The translations under genes were made by a program, and so were the position numbers. A stretch of DNA of 64,000 nucleotides from a plasmid, in the sequence record NZ_CP120951.1. The stretch is one strand, 5' to 3'. Numbering within the stretch: the first letter of the stretch is position 1; each line of letters begins with the position of its first letter. The notes under the pieces were generated by a model that saw only the letters and a program-made list of their open reading frames with translations, ran no database searches and was not told the DNA's origin. This document shows, piece by piece, positions 38,018-46,264 of this stretch.

Positions 38018-38395
38018 CTAGCTTGCGCGACGTACCGGGAACCTCACGACGTTACTGGCCTCTCGCTCTTCCCATGCAGAGATCATCGATCCATTCGGGA
38101 CAAGGCCCGGGTCAACAGAAGCGACCCCTCGCCAGATTCGATCAGTAATCCTCTTCCCCACCAGGTAGAACACCAGCGGTTCCCCTGAGATCGTGATCCT
38201 GCATGATGTTTTCGTAACTTCACCGCCGAAGGCGCGCACCTGCGCAGCTTGCTCGCGATCAAGCTCTGCGGCAATACTCGTCACACGAGGATTACCACCG
38301 AGACCAATGATGTTACTGTCGTCAGTTAACGTCCAGACAGGGCACGCTGTCCCCGTACGCAACAAAAAGAAGTCCTCAACCCCGAAGCCAGTCAT
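38018..38395 (-). CDS. small protein paralogous to the N-terminal domain of the downstream PAS protein
   Basis: 125 aa sharing the motif with 37018..37968; co-directional, 50-nt gap. Confidence 0.5.
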   Translation of the reverse strand: MTGFGVEDFFLLRTGTACPVWTLTDDSNIIGLGGNPRVTSIAAELDREQAAQVRAFGGEVTKTSCRITISGEPLVFYLVGKRITDRIWRGVASVDPGLVPNGSMISAWEEREASNVVRFPVRRAS

Positions 38396-38682
38396 CTAAC
38401 ACCTTTATTGATTAATTATTCAAACTTGATAAGACGCTCACCCCGCACACCTTAGCCGCATAACATGCAAATCGCATAACGGCGCAAAGGTACGCGAACT
38501 TTAGGCCGGACGCTGCATTGCTCCGAATAAGTCGTCGTTCGTTGACGCCTGGCACGCGCCGAATCCGCCCCATCGTGCCGAGCCACGCCAATCTTAGCCG
38601 ACCGCGAGCGGCCTTATCGGACCACATCAGCTGTCGGCACAATTTGGCGGCGGATTTGCGCGCACATGCCCGCCGTCATACA

Positions 38683-38698
38683 CTGTATATTTATACAG
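38683..38698. promoter_or_regulatory. LexA-binding SOS box (CTGT-N8-ACAG)
   Basis: aCTGTATATTTATACAGgt matches the gamma/beta-proteobacterial LexA consensus TACTGTATATATATACAGTA at 16 of 20 positions. It lies 76 nt upstream of gene 38774..39100 and about 290 nt upstream of the divergent minus-strand pair. Confidence 0.55.
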
Positions 38699-38773
38699 GT
38701 GTTTTGGCCGGCACACGACGACAAACGTCGATCGGTAGCCGTCAACGACTAGCACAACGGAGCGGCTTACTCG

Positions 38774-39100
38774 ATGACTTCACGGACCCACAAAGACGGC
38801 GACGTCTTGCTCGACGACGGCACTTACTTCATCGAAAGCGATGCAGCCGCCGGCCAGGACGGCAGGACCGGTCGCCTGATGCGTCGGTGCGATCGCGCAT
38901 CGCCCGACGCTAGCGCAGTTGAATGTGTCGGCATCTACGAATTGACGATGGGCGGCAAATGGCGTGTGACCATAACGTCATACTATGACGCTCGGACTGA
39001 TTCGGAAACGCACGAGATCGGCGCCTTCGAGAACAGACTGGACGCAATCTGCACGCTCTGGAAAAGTCGGCACGATGCAATCGGTAGGTATGCAAACTGA
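38774..39100 (+). CDS. hypothetical protein downstream of SOS box
   Basis: 108 aa; clean ATG; protein-like composition. Confidence 0.45.
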   Translation: MTSRTHKDGDVLLDDGTYFIESDAAAGQDGRTGRLMRRCDRASPDASAVECVGIYELTMGGKWRVTITSYYDARTDSETHEIGAFENRLDAICTLWKSRHDAIGRYAN

Positions 39101-39160
39101 ACTGGCCAGCCGACAAACGCCGATTGCTCTCAAGCACTTCCTACCTCTCCGTGATCCAGC

Positions 39161-39433
39161 ATGCAGAACTACAGTCGCCCGGAACGCACGCCGCTTACGG
39201 CTGCTGAATTACGGCAGATCTATGATGAGAACCCCACACCAGCGGTCCGCACGCTGCTGTGGGAAATCCATCGATTACGCCTTACTCTGATACACGTGAA
39301 CGATGTGCGGCGCTGTTTTCGCAGTCAGCCAACGAGTGTTCCCACGCCGCTTTGGGATCTGTTCCTCAAGCGCCTAAACGCAGAGCCTTGCCTGCGTGAC
39401 GGTAACGGATCGTCTCGTAGAAATTATTCCTAG
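39161..39433 (+). CDS. hypothetical protein
   Basis: 90 aa; co-directional with 38774..39100. Confidence 0.35.
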   Translation: MQNYSRPERTPLTAAELRQIYDENPTPAVRTLLWEIHRLRLTLIHVNDVRRCFRSQPTSVPTPLWDLFLKRLNAEPCLRDGNGSSRRNYS

Positions 39434-39452
39434 GTATCGGCCAATCACAGCG

Positions 39453-39470
39453 CACCATTCAATTTCTCGC
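39453..39470. repeat. 18-bp perfect palindrome TTTCTCGCATGCGAGAAA (copy 1 of 5; putative ParB/KorB-binding site)
   Basis: Perfect palindrome in the convergent intergenic region; the 16-bp core TTCTCGCATGCGAGAA recurs at 40143, 41792, 41915 and 41984. Confidence 0.5.
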
Positions 39471-39504
39471 ATGCGAGAAACGAAGCGAACGCTTCGCGAC
39501 TACA

Positions 39505-39834
39505 CTAGCCCTCTTTCTGCGAAAAATACTTGATCCGCTCTTGCTCGACCTCGACCATGAACTTCTCGAGCAAGTCTTGCGGGGCACATACTGTCGCCCT
39601 AACCCACTTTGGGGGAAACATTGACGACTGTAGATATTCGGCGAAAAAGCGGTTCCGAATAGCCAGCACTTGCTGTCGCTTCATTCCGTGCCGCTCTCCG
39701 ACCTCGGACAGTCCTCGGCCCTCCACCAAAACCTCACGCGCGACCTGTAGGCTGCGCTCCTTCATCCGAGTTTGATCCGCCACTCTTATAAAATCCTCTT
39801 CGGGTAAGCGGTACATATCGGCCAACGGTTGCAT
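39505..39834 (-). CDS. korA: KorA/TrbA-family transcriptional repressor
   Basis: ...LQVAREVLVEGRGLSEVGERHGMKRQQVLAIRNRFFAEYL...KWVRATVCAPQDLLEKFMVE matches the HTH and C-terminal region of IncP KorA (EIARGVLVDGKPQATFATSLGLTRGAVSQAV...YARVTAVLPEHQAYIVRKWE). Confidence 0.7.
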   Translation of the reverse strand: MQPLADMYRLPEEDFIRVADQTRMKERSLQVAREVLVEGRGLSEVGERHGMKRQQVLAIRNRFFAEYLQSSMFPPKWVRATVCAPQDLLEKFMVEVEQERIKYFSQKEG

Positions 39835-39850
39835 GTAGATCCCTTATGCA

Positions 39851-39882
39851 ATATCTACGATCTACCTGCCGATCGTAGATAT
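39851..39882. promoter_or_regulatory. 12-bp perfect inverted repeat operator ATATCTACGATC-N8-GATCGTAGATAT in korA-like promoter
   Basis: Located 17 to 48 nt upstream of the korA-like start codon, between the parB stop and korA. Confidence 0.5.
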
Positions 39883-39887
39883 TAGGT

Positions 39888-40886
39888 TTATTTGGATGCG
39901 GCCAATTTCGTCAGCGCGTGATGCGTGCGATCAAGCTCAGCCCGCGCCTGGAAGATACTTTTCTCGACATCAGGGGGCATCACGCCAAAAACATCGCGTC
40001 GCTCCTGGAATACTTTCGCCAACACGCCAATTTGATCGCGCAATGCCTGCACCTGCGACACCGCATCAGCCACGATCACAACAGCATCTGTTGCCGCTTT
40101 AGGCTTCTTCGCCTTCTCTTTCGCGTCATCGGCACTCGAGGATTCTCGCATGCGAGAATTAACCTCGCTTCCCGCCTTCGTGCTTGGCTTCGCGTCTTTC
40201 AGCTTGCCTCGAATCGCTTTCCGCACATTCGCGCCCGAATCGGTTTTCGCCTGTTCAACCACCGCTTGTGCGGCTGCCGGGTCGACCTTTTCAAGGCGAT
40301 GCAGGTCATTGATCGTGGTGATGTCGGCAGTGACCCCCTCTGCGACAGCTTGGCTCGCATGCCCACCCGCCTCCACGACCTCAAGAAACTTGATGCGCTC
40401 GGCTACCCAGTTCAGCCCCTTGTTCCACTCCGCCGCAACTTTCTCTAGCGTGCCAAGTCGGGCTTTATCATCTCGCAGTGCAACAGCTATTTCGAGTTGG
40501 GTCAGATTCTCGCGCTGGATGTTCTCCGCGCGCTGCACTCGGCGCGCCTGCTCATCATCCATGTCCCGCACGACGGCCTTGAGCTTGATGCCTGCGATCT
40601 TGCACCCGCGCCAACGTCGCTCACCCGCCACCATGAGGTAGCGCCCGGCCTGCTTGGGGTTCTTACGCAGCACCGCCGGCTCATGCTGACCATCACGCTT
40701 CATGTCATTGCCAAGTTCAGTCAACGACTCCACCGTGAAGCCCGGATTGTCCATACTGCGGATCTGCTTCTCGCAATCGACCAACTCCGGATCGACCTCT
40801 TCGATCCGCTCGCCTGGCAAAGCGGCCGCAGCGCCCTGCTTCTGAATGTCTGATAACTTACTGATCTTGTTTCCGAATGCGCTCAC
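39888..40886 (-). CDS. parB: ParB/KorB-family partition and global regulator protein
   Basis: ParB box MVAGERRWRGCKIAG; HTH; acidic/Lys-rich linker; C-terminal dimerisation region; follows parA with an 8-nt gap. Confidence 0.85.
   Translation of the reverse strand: MSAFGNKISKLSDIQKQGAAAALPGERIEEVDPELVDCEKQIRSMDNPGFTVESLTELGNDMKRDGQHEPAVLRKNPKQAGRYLMVAGERRWRGCKIAGIKLKAVVRDMDDEQARRVQRAENIQRENLTQLEIAVALRDDKARLGTLEKVAAEWNKGLNWVAERIKFLEVVEAGGHASQAVAEGVTADITTINDLHRLEKVDPAAAQAVVEQAKTDSGANVRKAIRGKLKDAKPSTKAGSEVNSRMRESSSADDAKEKAKKPKAATDAVVIVADAVSQVQALRDQIGVLAKVFQERRDVFGVMPPDVEKSIFQARAELDRTHHALTKLAASK
40142..40159. repeat. 18-bp perfect palindrome ATTCTCGCATGCGAGAAT inside parB coding sequence (copy 2)
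   Basis: Encodes NSRMRES of ParB; same core as the other copies. Confidence 0.5.
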
Positions 40887-40896
40887 GACATTCCCC

Positions 40897-41706
40897 TTAA
40901 TTCAATCCAAGGCGCGACAGTACTGCGTCGCATGCTTGCCGCATTTCCTTCCCCGCGGCACGTTGGTTCCCGCTACGAGCCTGATGCCATACCGCACGCC
41001 CCTGCGCCAGCGCAGTAGCAACGCACGCGCGAGCAATAATCGCTTCATCAAAGATAAGATCGCCGTATGCCTCGCGTAGCTCCGGTAACGCCTCTACTTC
41101 ATTCACCGACTTGCTGTTGACCATGTTTGGCAGAAAGCCGAGGTGGCGTAGTTCCGGGTTGTACTGCGCCTTTACGCCGGCGATCGTGGCTTGCAGCTTC
41201 GGCATGCGCGCGAATGAAAATGGCGAAATGTTGAACGGCGATACGATCGCATCCGACGCTGCAAGTGCGCCAAGCATGCGGCGCTGCAAATTCGGAGGAG
41301 TATCGATAATGCACAGATCGTAGTCGGCGGCCAGCTTTGCGAGTGATGCGCGCGGCTGCTCGATAACTTCGAGCGGCATGTCATCTACGTCCAGAACGTC
41401 AACATCGGCCTCGATCAGAGCGATCCGCTCGTGCACTTGCCTCGGACGGCGACCGTCGATCGCGCCAGTGAAAAGATGGCTCGCTTTCAAATAGTCGGTG
41501 TCGTCACCTTCCTCTATCTCCGCGAACACTTCGGAAATGTCGCCCTCATCGATGTCTATCAGCAGAACGCGATAGCCAAGTTCGGCCGCGCGAAATGCCA
41601 GATGGACACTGAACGTGCTTTTACCGACACCGCCTTTCTGATTGCCAACGGTCACGGTCTGCATGAGAGCTTGCACCAGCTTCTTGATTGCGTGATTTGC
41701 TCGCAT
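40897..41706 (-). CDS. parA: ParA/IncC-family partition ATPase
   Basis: Deviant Walker A NQKGGVGKSTFSVHLA; the second Met MQTVTV at 41664 is an alternative start. Confidence 0.85.
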   Translation of the reverse strand: MRANHAIKKLVQALMQTVTVGNQKGGVGKSTFSVHLAFRAAELGYRVLLIDIDEGDISEVFAEIEEGDDTDYLKASHLFTGAIDGRRPRQVHERIALIEADVDVLDVDDMPLEVIEQPRASLAKLAADYDLCIIDTPPNLQRRMLGALAASDAIVSPFNISPFSFARMPKLQATIAGVKAQYNPELRHLGFLPNMVNSKSVNEVEALPELREAYGDLIFDEAIIARACVATALAQGRAVWHQARSGNQRAAGKEMRQACDAVLSRLGLN

Positions 41707-41758
41707 AGGGATCAGCCTTACGAAATCAGGTTGAACAGAATCGGCCTTCGCCGAACTG

Positions 41759-42361
41759 TTGTCATCTTATTTTCCGGTAAACACTTTGTCAACACATATA
41801 TTTCTCGCACGCGAGAAATCACTCCGTTCGGCGTTACACGAGCACCGCACATCGAGCCTCACCGACCGCACGTCCGTAACCAGCGATTGTTATGTCCCTT
41901 CTATTGGGGTACGCTTCTCGCATGCGAGAAATCTCCAACAGGCGGGAGCAACTTACCGGGAATCACCAGCTCATTTCAGGCGATTCTCGCATGCGAGAAA
42001 CCTGAAGCCGATACACCACCCGCAACTCATCGACATTGACCAGCCAGGCAAATCGGCATTCTTCGCGTTGCCGCCCACGTTCCCGCCAGAACTGGTGCCG
42101 GAAGCTTGCGCGCAATTTGTGCGCGACTGCGTGCCGGGGCTGACGACGCGCGAGCTTCTTGCACTCACTCAGGCGCACGGTTGGCGGCCGACTTGGAAGC
42201 CGCTGCAGCACTTGACGCGGGACGATCTCGAAGCGTTCGGTCTTGGCCTGACGGTCGATGGCTGCGGCGTGCCGTTGATCGCGCGAATGCGACGGGTGGG
42301 GCAGGGCGTGCGGCCGACACCACCGCAAGAACGCAACTCACGGCAGATGAATCTGTTTTGA
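41759..42361 (+). CDS. hypothetical protein; true start uncertain (N-terminal part of ORF runs through the palindrome array)
   Basis: The C-terminal 110 aa (…ELVPEACAQFVRDCVPGLTTRELLALTQAHGWRPTWKPLQHLTRDDLEAFGLGLTVDGCGVPLIARM…) is protein-like; there is no internal ATG with an RBS; the track start is TTG. Confidence 0.3.
   Translation: MSSYFPVNTLSTHIFLAREKSLRSALHEHRTSSLTDRTSVTSDCYVPSIGVRFSHARNLQQAGATYRESPAHFRRFSHARNLKPIHHPQLIDIDQPGKSAFFALPPTFPPELVPEACAQFVRDCVPGLTTRELLALTQAHGWRPTWKPLQHLTRDDLEAFGLGLTVDGCGVPLIARMRRVGQGVRPTPPQERNSRQMNLF
41791..41808. repeat. imperfect palindrome TTTCTCGCACGCGAGAAA (copy 3) upstream of parA
   Basis: 16 of 18 positions are symmetric; lies in the parA upstream region. 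Confidence 0.4.
41914..41931. repeat. palindrome cTTCTCGCATGCGAGAAa (copy 4)
   Basis: 16-bp perfect core. Confidence 0.45.
41983..42000. repeat. palindrome ATTCTCGCATGCGAGAAA (copy 5)
   Basis: 16-bp perfect core; three copies cluster within 210 bp upstream of parA (centromere/operator-like array). Confidence 0.45.
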
Positions 42362-42377
42362 AACGCAAGGAAGGGTA

Positions 42378-42794
42378 ATGACAGGCACCGACAAGAAGCG
42401 GATCCCGCAGCTGCTGCGTGTTGAGCTCACTGAACTTACCGGCCCGATCGAGCAGCCTTACGCGCCCGATGCACGTCATTCTTTCGGGCCACGCGTGCAG
42501 ATCGAGCACCCCTGTGATCGCTTTGCGCTCGCCGCAGGCTTTACGTCATGGGTCGCAGCTCGAACGGCCATCCTGGCCGGTGCGATCGTCACGGCACCTG
42601 GCCCGCGCGTTGGCAAAACGACGCCCGAATATGAATTATTCATCAAGCAGATTCGAGCGGATGGCCTGGTGATGGTGACTCCTCGGCAGGAGTGGTTTGG
42701 GTTGGTTTCCGTTGGCATACTCGAGCGCTTTCCAAAGGACGCGCAGGCGAGGGCAGCTGACGACCAGCAGATTGATGATGAGCCGCGAAATTGA
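42378..42794 (+). CDS. hypothetical protein (138 aa)
   Basis: Strong RBS AAGGAAGGG before the ATG. Confidence 0.55.
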   Translation: MTGTDKKRIPQLLRVELTELTGPIEQPYAPDARHSFGPRVQIEHPCDRFALAAGFTSWVAARTAILAGAIVTAPGPRVGKTTPEYELFIKQIRADGLVMVTPRQEWFGLVSVGILERFPKDAQARAADDQQIDDEPRN

Positions 42795-42899
42795 GCGCGC
42801 GAGAACAGGGAGGGGGAGTATGCAAAATGATTTAAGTCTTGGGCTGACGATCCTGTCGTCGCTGTAGGATCCCCCACATCAACGATGAGGATCTCGATC

Positions 42900-43100
42900 A
42901 TGAACTTGGCAACGATGCAGCTTAAAGCAGGCGGGTGGGGCAGGGGCCTGGTGGCCGCGGCGCTGCTGATTGCTCTGGCAGCTGTCGACCGGGGGCTGTC
43001 GGCCCTCTGGCCGGCCGGCTACGGACTGGTGCATCCGCTGGCGGCGATCGCCGCGCTGGCCAGCCTGCCGCTGGTCGCGTACCTGATCACGCGGTCCTGA
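42900..43100 (+). CDS. small hydrophobic protein (66 aa)
   Basis: Second ATG with a GAGGA RBS; two predicted TM helices; followed by a terminator. Confidence 0.4.
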   Translation: MNLATMQLKAGGWGRGLVAAALLIALAAVDRGLSALWPAGYGLVHPLAAIAALASLPLVAYLITRS

Positions 43101-43110
43101 ACGACGCCGA

Positions 43111-43132
43111 ACCCGGCTGCGGCCGGGTTTTT
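43111..43132 (+). terminator. rho-independent terminator
   Basis: ACCCGGC-tgcg-GCCGGGT stem followed by TTTTT. Confidence 0.6.
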
Positions 43133-43213
43133 GGGGCACGCCCTCAATGCCGATAACTCCCCTTAGCGGCATTGCGTTTAATGCTCGAAAACCCCGTCGG
43201 GCCGGAATCCACT

Positions 43214-43242
43214 TGTTTTTAGATGCGGAAAATACGTATAAT
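43214..43242 (+). promoter_or_regulatory. sigma70-like promoter of TA operon with palindromic operator
   Basis: -35 TTGTTT, 17-bp spacer, -10 TATAAT; 8-bp palindrome ATACGTAT overlaps the -10; 28 nt to the antitoxin ATG. Confidence 0.45.
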
Positions 43243-43269
43243 ATGTATTCATTGCTCCCGGAGGTCATC

Positions 43270-43524
43270 ATGCCCACCATTACCGCCACCGATCTGGCCC
43301 GCCACACCCGCCAGATCCTCGACCAGGTCGCGCAGCGCCGCGAGACCGTCGTGGTCGAACGCAACCAGACCGTGATCGCACGCCTGGTGCCCGCCGACCC
43401 CGTCATGAATGCCGCGCAGGCGCTCGAGGGGCTGCCGACGAGTCTCGGCGCCGAAGATGCTGCCCGCTGGCTGCGCGACAGTCGCGCCGGCTTCGAAGAC
43501 GGGGTGCGTGATCCGTGGGCGTGA
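43270..43524 (+). CDS. Phd/YefM-family antitoxin
   Basis: MPTITATDLARHTRQILDQVAQRRETVVVERNQTVIARLVP; GGAGG RBS; overlaps the toxin start. Confidence 0.8.
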   Translation: MPTITATDLARHTRQILDQVAQRRETVVVERNQTVIARLVPADPVMNAAQALEGLPTSLGAEDAARWLRDSRAGFEDGVRDPWA

Positions 43525-43934
43525 TCATCGACAGTTGCGTGTGGGTCGGCCTCGCCGGCGGCACCGTCGATTCGCGTGCCGTGATCGACGCCGCCGGCGA
43601 CGCGCCGGTGTTCATCTCGACGATCTCGCTGGGCGAACTGGCATTCGGCGTACAGGCGTGCGCGGATGCGGCTGAGCGCGCGCGCCGGGCCGCCCATCTG
43701 CGTCAGCTCGAGCGGCGCCCGGTGCTCGACGTCACGCGTCACACCGCGGCCGCGTTCGGTGTACTGGCCGCCGCAGTCAAACAGGCAGGCCGCTCGCCGC
43801 GCCCGCGCTACAACGACCTGTGGATCGCCGCACAGGCGATTGAGCACGGCTACGCGCTGATGACGCTGAACGTGGCCGATTTCGCGGACTTGCCAGGGTT
43901 GACCGTGCGAATCCCGACATCAGGAGAGCAGTAA
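43515..43934 (+). CDS. vapC: PIN-domain toxin VapC
   Basis: VIIDSCVWVGL...NDLWIAAQAIEHGYALMTLNVADF has the PIN acidic residues; GTG start overlaps the antitoxin by 10 nt. Confidence 0.85.
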   Translation: MGVIIDSCVWVGLAGGTVDSRAVIDAAGDAPVFISTISLGELAFGVQACADAAERARRAAHLRQLERRPVLDVTRHTAAAFGVLAAAVKQAGRSPRPRYNDLWIAAQAIEHGYALMTLNVADFADLPGLTVRIPTSGEQ

Positions 43935-44167
43935 TGGCAACGAGCTGGTTGATGGTTTTGATGGTGAGCGGATCGATGGCGATCGGCGACGGCGGGTATA
44001 AGTCCGAAGCGCTGTGTCAGCGCACGGGCACCGAGGCCGTGGCGCGCCTGGATCGCCACGAGGCGGAAGTGGAAAAGGCCAACACCAAGGTTTCGCCCGG
44101 TATCACGGTGCAGTCGTATCGGGCGCGAAATTGGTCGTATCAGTGTCTGCCGACCGACAAGGGATAG
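43934..44167 (+). CDS. small secreted/membrane hypothetical protein
   Basis: 77 aa; N-terminal hydrophobic segment; ATG overlaps the vapC stop. Confidence 0.4.
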   Translation: MATSWLMVLMVSGSMAIGDGGYKSEALCQRTGTEAVARLDRHEAEVEKANTKVSPGITVQSYRARNWSYQCLPTDKG

Positions 44168-44173
44168 AGCGCG

Positions 44174-44392
44174 ATGAGCAAGACCCTGAGCTATACCGCC
44201 CTGACCGCTCGCGCCGAGCGGACGATACGGCAACTGACATCCAAAAGTCATGACGAAGCGCGCGGCGCCCTTGCGATGTGGGACGACCTCGTCACGGAAT
44301 TGCTCGCGTTCAACCGCGCTGACTACCAGGCCGATCGCGCCCGGCTCGAGGCGCTGATCGACGGCGATCGCGCGCCTACCTCTCAACCTTGA
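44174..44392 (+). CDS. hypothetical protein (72 aa)
   Basis: Tightly packed in the operon. Confidence 0.35.
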   Translation: MSKTLSYTALTARAERTIRQLTSKSHDEARGALAMWDDLVTELLAFNRADYQADRARLEALIDGDRAPTSQP

Positions 44393-44403
44393 ACGGAGCC
44401 ACC

Positions 44404-45072
44404 ATGCCGGAAGTCAACCGCTACAACTCGGGTCTCGCCATTCGGGGCGAGCGCTACTGCGTCACGATCCAACCGTGTTCCACCCATCTCGAACTCCGGG
44501 AACCCGATGCCACGCTACTCATCACCGTCGATGCGCGCTCGTCGTCATGGGGCGACGAGTGGGCCCGGGTAAGTGGCGACAACGCGATCGCGGCGGGTCC
44601 GCAGAATGTCTACGTGACGCAGACGGCCGGGATTCTGGACGTGCTGCAGGTGCTGCCCCCGAAGCACGCGGATCTGCGGGAGTTTCGGGTGGGCTTCGCC
44701 TTGACGCTCGAGCCGGGCATGCGCGAGCCGATCCTTGCCGCGCTGCCACGCGTCGAACGGGTCACCGAGCTGACCACGGCCGTCGGCCAGGTCGTCGAGC
44801 CGCTGCTCGGCCGCGCGCGCGAGCCCTACGCGCACACTGCCCTCCAGCCCCATGAAATCGCCGCCATCCAGTCGATCGCGGCCAATATCGTGCTCGGCGA
44901 GAAAAGTGTCGACGACGCGATCCGGTGGTCCGTGCTGCTGCCGCCGCAATACACGACCTGGGCTTTTAGCGAGGCGGGCGATCACCCGCATTACGCGGAG
45001 CTCGGTGCCGCACTGCGTCAGCCCGCCGTACAAGCGATCCTGGCCGACGCCGGCCGCAACCTTCACGCGTGA
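44404..45072 (+). CDS. hypothetical protein (222 aa)
   Basis: Internal ATG with a GGAGCC RBS. Confidence 0.5.
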   Translation: MPEVNRYNSGLAIRGERYCVTIQPCSTHLELREPDATLLITVDARSSSWGDEWARVSGDNAIAAGPQNVYVTQTAGILDVLQVLPPKHADLREFRVGFALTLEPGMREPILAALPRVERVTELTTAVGQVVEPLLGRAREPYAHTALQPHEIAAIQSIAANIVLGEKSVDDAIRWSVLLPPQYTTWAFSEAGDHPHYAELGAALRQPAVQAILADAGRNLHA

Positions 45073-45118
45073 CGGCCGGCCGACGCGCACGCCATTTCCA
45101 CTCTTTCGAGGTGCAACG

Positions 45119-45586
45119 ATGAGTCTGCAAGCAGTCGACCGACCGATCCTGACCACGGGCCTCACGACCGGTACGCTGTACCGCGCGTTCGTCGTGCTGC
45201 CGGACGCACTGTGCCGATCGCGCGGCACATTCGACGAGCGCACCGTGTTCTTCGAAGCGCCACGCGGCAAAGACGAGGCCGCCCACCTTGAACAATTGCT
45301 GGCGCACGCGTGGTGCGTCGACACACAAGGCTGGGCCGAGGATGGCGCCATCTACAACATCTACAGCGCCGCCGAGCTCTATGCAGACAAAACGGATCCA
45401 GCCGTCGATCTGCGGCTGCTCGATATCGGTGGTGGCCCGGATGGTGTCGGACCGACCAAGGCGTATTACGCGCGCACACCCGACGTGGATCTGTTCGTGA
45501 CGCCGCGCGTCGCTGCACGTCTGCGAGAGCTGCTCGCGATCGTCGACGCGTTCTACGCGAAGGCCGGCCAGACCACGGCGAAGTGA
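45119..45586 (+). CDS. hypothetical protein (155 aa)
   Basis: Internal ATG with a GAGGTG RBS; the upstream part of the track ORF is Arg/Ser-rich nonsense. Confidence 0.5.
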   Translation: MSLQAVDRPILTTGLTTGTLYRAFVVLPDALCRSRGTFDERTVFFEAPRGKDEAAHLEQLLAHAWCVDTQGWAEDGAIYNIYSAAELYADKTDPAVDLRLLDIGGGPDGVGPTKAYYARTPDVDLFVTPRVAARLRELLAIVDAFYAKAGQTTAK

Positions 45587-45600
45587 TCAAGGAAGGGCAG

Positions 45601-45702
45601 ATGACGCGCGTGCTCGAGACGGCCGAAGCCGGGTTGATCGTGCTGCCCGAGCACGACTATCAGGTGTTACGGCGCAGGGGCGACGATCAATACGGATTTT
45701 GA
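45601..45702 (+). CDS. possible micro-protein (33 aa)
   Basis: A strong RBS AAGGAAGGG precedes the ATG; the stop overlaps the next gene. Confidence 0.3.
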   Translation: MTRVLETAEAGLIVLPEHDYQVLRRRGDDQYGF

Positions 45703-45722
45703 TCCACGGGGAGGAAAGGTCG

Positions 45723-46013
45723 ATGTCGATATTCGAGATTGCGAGTTGGATTGCCTTGGGGACAGTGCCGATTACGGCGCTGGTTACGGTCGTGCGGTCG
45801 ATCTACACCGGGAACTGGATATGGACGCGATTCCTGTTGCTGCCCGTCATCCTGACGGCATTGCTTCTATGTTTTGACATGACGCGCCCACAACCCGTGA
45901 CAATAGTCAACCTGATCGCTGCACTCCCGTTCCTTCTTGCCGCATTTTGCTTAGTCAACATGTTGGCGGGTTTGTGCACGGGTGGCTTGCCGGAGACGGA
46001 GACGATCAAATGA
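45723..46013 (+). CDS. small membrane protein (96 aa)
   Basis: GGGGAGGAAAGG RBS; three hydrophobic helices. Confidence 0.45.
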   Translation: MSIFEIASWIALGTVPITALVTVVRSIYTGNWIWTRFLLLPVILTALLLCFDMTRPQPVTIVNLIAALPFLLAAFCLVNMLAGLCTGGLPETETIK

Positions 46014-46255
46014 AAACGACTGCCCGCTACACCAAAGGCCGCGGCGACGCGTCGGTCCACGCCCGCACGCGCGTGTTCGCGTGGGAGGACCACCAGGTGA
46101 TCGAGCTCGACGTTGTCGGCATGCTCGACAGCGAACAGCACTTCCGCATTCTCGCGACGGCCGATGAGGCGGAGCGTCTTGCGCAGCAACTGCTCGACGC
46201 GGCCGCAAAGATCCGGGTCTCGGCGACCGCCGATTCCACTAACCTCAACACCTGA
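46010..46255 (+). CDS. hypothetical protein (81 aa)
   Basis: ATGA overlap with the previous gene. Confidence 0.4.
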   Translation: MKTTARYTKGRGDASVHARTRVFAWEDHQVIELDVVGMLDSEQHFRILATADEAERLAQQLLDAAAKIRVSATADSTNLNT

Positions 46256-46264
46256 AATTCCACC

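Noticed and set aside
38400-38520. Direct repeats CGCATAAC x2 in the AT-rich region upstream of 38395
   Set aside because: Only two short 8-bp copies; too short to distinguish from chance without a binding protein candidate.
41431-42039. 202-aa plus-strand ORF across the parA 5' end
   Set aside because: Antisense to parA and running through the palindrome array; no RBS.
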